Assembly (NCBI RefSeq): GCF_033153115.1
Contig: NW_026889796.1
Location: forward strand, 15,500,001 to 15,564,000
From: Saccostrea echinata
Taxonomy: Eukaryota
Direction of reading: 5' to 3'
DNA: 64,000 nucleotides
Shown here: positions 62,083 through 64,000 of the stretch, in pieces
Layout: each line of letters starts with the position of its first letter
Numbering within the stretch: the first letter of the stretch is position 1
Made by a program: the position numbers and the translations under genes
The notes under the pieces: model-generated
What the model was told of the DNA's origin: nothing
Databases searched by the model: none
What the model saw: the letters and a program-made list of their open reading frames with translations, nothing else

Positions 62083-63287
62083 CAAAAGAGCAGACAACTT
62101 TCACTCATGCCCATTCTTTGGCCCGGAACATGAAAGCCCGCATGAAACAGGCGTTGTTAACGTGCAAGTATGTCCTGTCTCGTAACAAAATTATAAAAAG
62201 CTATGTATTCAGTGAGCCAATTATGAGCGACTGATTTCTTTTAAAGTTATTGACTTACTTGATTTAAACATACTATAGTATTTCTTAATATAATTTCATG
62301 TAAATTACTTGAATCTGACTCGTTGTGGAAAATTTTATTTTAAAAAATGCTACCCTCTGCGATAAAACCATGCCTTGAAGCGTGATAGAACGTAGCAACA
62401 GTCAACATTGATCGAGAAACCACGCCTTCCGGCGTGATAGAACGTAGCAACGGTCTACATTAATTGACGACGGGTGATATTCCAAAAAAAAAAGTACTGA
62501 CTGCACAGAATTTATGTGCTAACGGTTCATTAAATATAATTAAGATTGCATTTAGTTGAGGGTAACAATGAACTTCTTCATCCCTCGGAAACAGTTTTCA
62601 ATGTCGGCCGCCCCTCCATTCATGATAACTTATGGCTTTGTTCAATGTTTGCCCTACATGTATTTTTTATATTATGTTCAGTAGTATGGATTTTAGGTAA
62701 TTGTACATCGAATAATGCTACATTTTCATCAAGTGATACATGTAAGTCTCCAAGCTGGTTTTAAATCATTTAAAAGTATTTAAAAAATAATGAATAAGGT
62801 TATAGACAAATGTTTATTTTCGATTTTTCAAATTCAAGACATCAATATACTTGATGACTATTAACGATAGTAAAAACCAAAATTCATTGACCGAGGCAAA
62901 TGGTTCAATCAATCTGCTCATGCATTCTCAACTTGTTTGACCAGCTCGTGTATGTTACAGTTAAGGGCGTTTGTTTTGATCCATCATAGTTTAATTGTCC
63001 TTTCATGTGAATATTTACACGTAGGTCGAATCGAACTATTAGTTTTATTTGAAATAATCCTTTGAATATCATGATTTTACTTATGGCAAAAATCTTGTCG
63101 CGAGCCCATTGCAGAGGTGTCTGAGAGAGGAACGAATGACAACTCAGCAAGGGAGATTCAAGGCTGTTAACTTCTGTAGAGGCGTCGGAACCGGGGGAGG
63201 GGATGGGGATGGTAGACATAACATAGGCATTGAAATTTGGGGCTTATAGCCCCCATACGGTTTTTATTTGGTTTAGCCCCCATTTCT

Positions 63288-64000
63288 ATGTCCCCGTATC
63301 GAAGATTCGGGGTTATGTACACTGTAGTTTTTGCCTTATCCGTCCATCTGGCTGTCTGTTTGTCCGCAAAAACTTTATCATTGTTCATAACATTTGATTG
63401 GTTGGAAGTATGGCTTTCATATTTCACATGCGTATTCCTTGTGACAAGACCTTTCTTTGGGTACGATCATATTTGACCTTGACCATGGAGTTTGACCCAG
63501 TTTTGAAAAAAATTACTGAACTTTAACCTTGGCAATATCTTTTGAACAATTAGTGCTAGGAATTTCATACTTCACATGTGTAATTCTTGTGACAAGACCT
63601 GTTTTTGGATATCAACAACTTTGACCCTTTGACCTTGAGCTAGGAGTTTGACCTACTTTTGAAAAACTTTAACCTTGGCCATAACTTCTGAACGGTTGGT
63701 GCAAGGGCTTCCATACTTCACATATGTTATTCTTTTTACAAGACATTCCTTTTGATACCAACAGCTTTAACCCTTTGACCTTGACCTAGGAGTTTTACAT
63801 ACTTTAAAAAAAATAATCTTGGCCATAATTTTTGAACGGTTGGTGCTAGGGCTTTCATACTTCACACATGTAATTCTTGAGACAAGACCTTTCTTTCGGA
63901 TATCAACAACTTTGACCCTTTGACCTTGACCTTGGAGTTTGGCCTACTTTTGAAAAACTTAAACCTTTGCCATAATTTCTTGAACGATTGGTACTACGGC
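63288..64000 (-). mobile_element. Second copy of the same HINE family, cut off by the window end
   Basis: Same hairpin CCCCGTATCGAAGATTCGGGG and same ~146-bp internal repeat as 10325-11313. Confidence 0.85.

Noticed and set aside
62365-62456. Two-copy ~53-bp direct repeat containing GTAGCAAC (RFX half-site-like)
   Set aside because: Only half-sites in a short local duplication, with no evidence of function.

Overview
AT-rich eukaryotic genomic DNA with spliceosomal genes. It is very probably an oyster or related bivalve (inference from the repeat families and gene content). Manual splice-site reading recovers 9 protein-coding loci, most of them barely visible in the ORF track: (1) a secreted single-MRH-domain protein (+, 3072-7136); (2) a multi-CARD adaptor-like gene whose introns are all phase 1 (+, ~7626-16408); (3) MCMBP (-, 16774-26977), with a clear U12 AT-AC intron; (4,5) two C-type lectins head-to-head with only ~130 bp between start codons; (6) an unknown spliced gene with an apparent 1-nt frameshift (+, 38184-40746); (7) UBAC2 (-, 44570-53598); (8) the first coding exon of a calpain-5-like gene (+, 56960-57121); (9) an unrecognised 19-exon antisense gene (-, 57667-61868) lying in the calpain intron and built by tandem duplication of a 186-bp exon+intron unit that encodes a 32-aa helical repeat. 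Introns and intergenic DNA carry Helentron-like HINE elements with internal satellite arrays, hAT, Kolobok and piggyBac-type MITEs, fold-back palindromes, Penelope and LINE relics, and a DIRS-like fragment. All models were read by hand without tools; family assignments rest on remembered motifs, not database searches.
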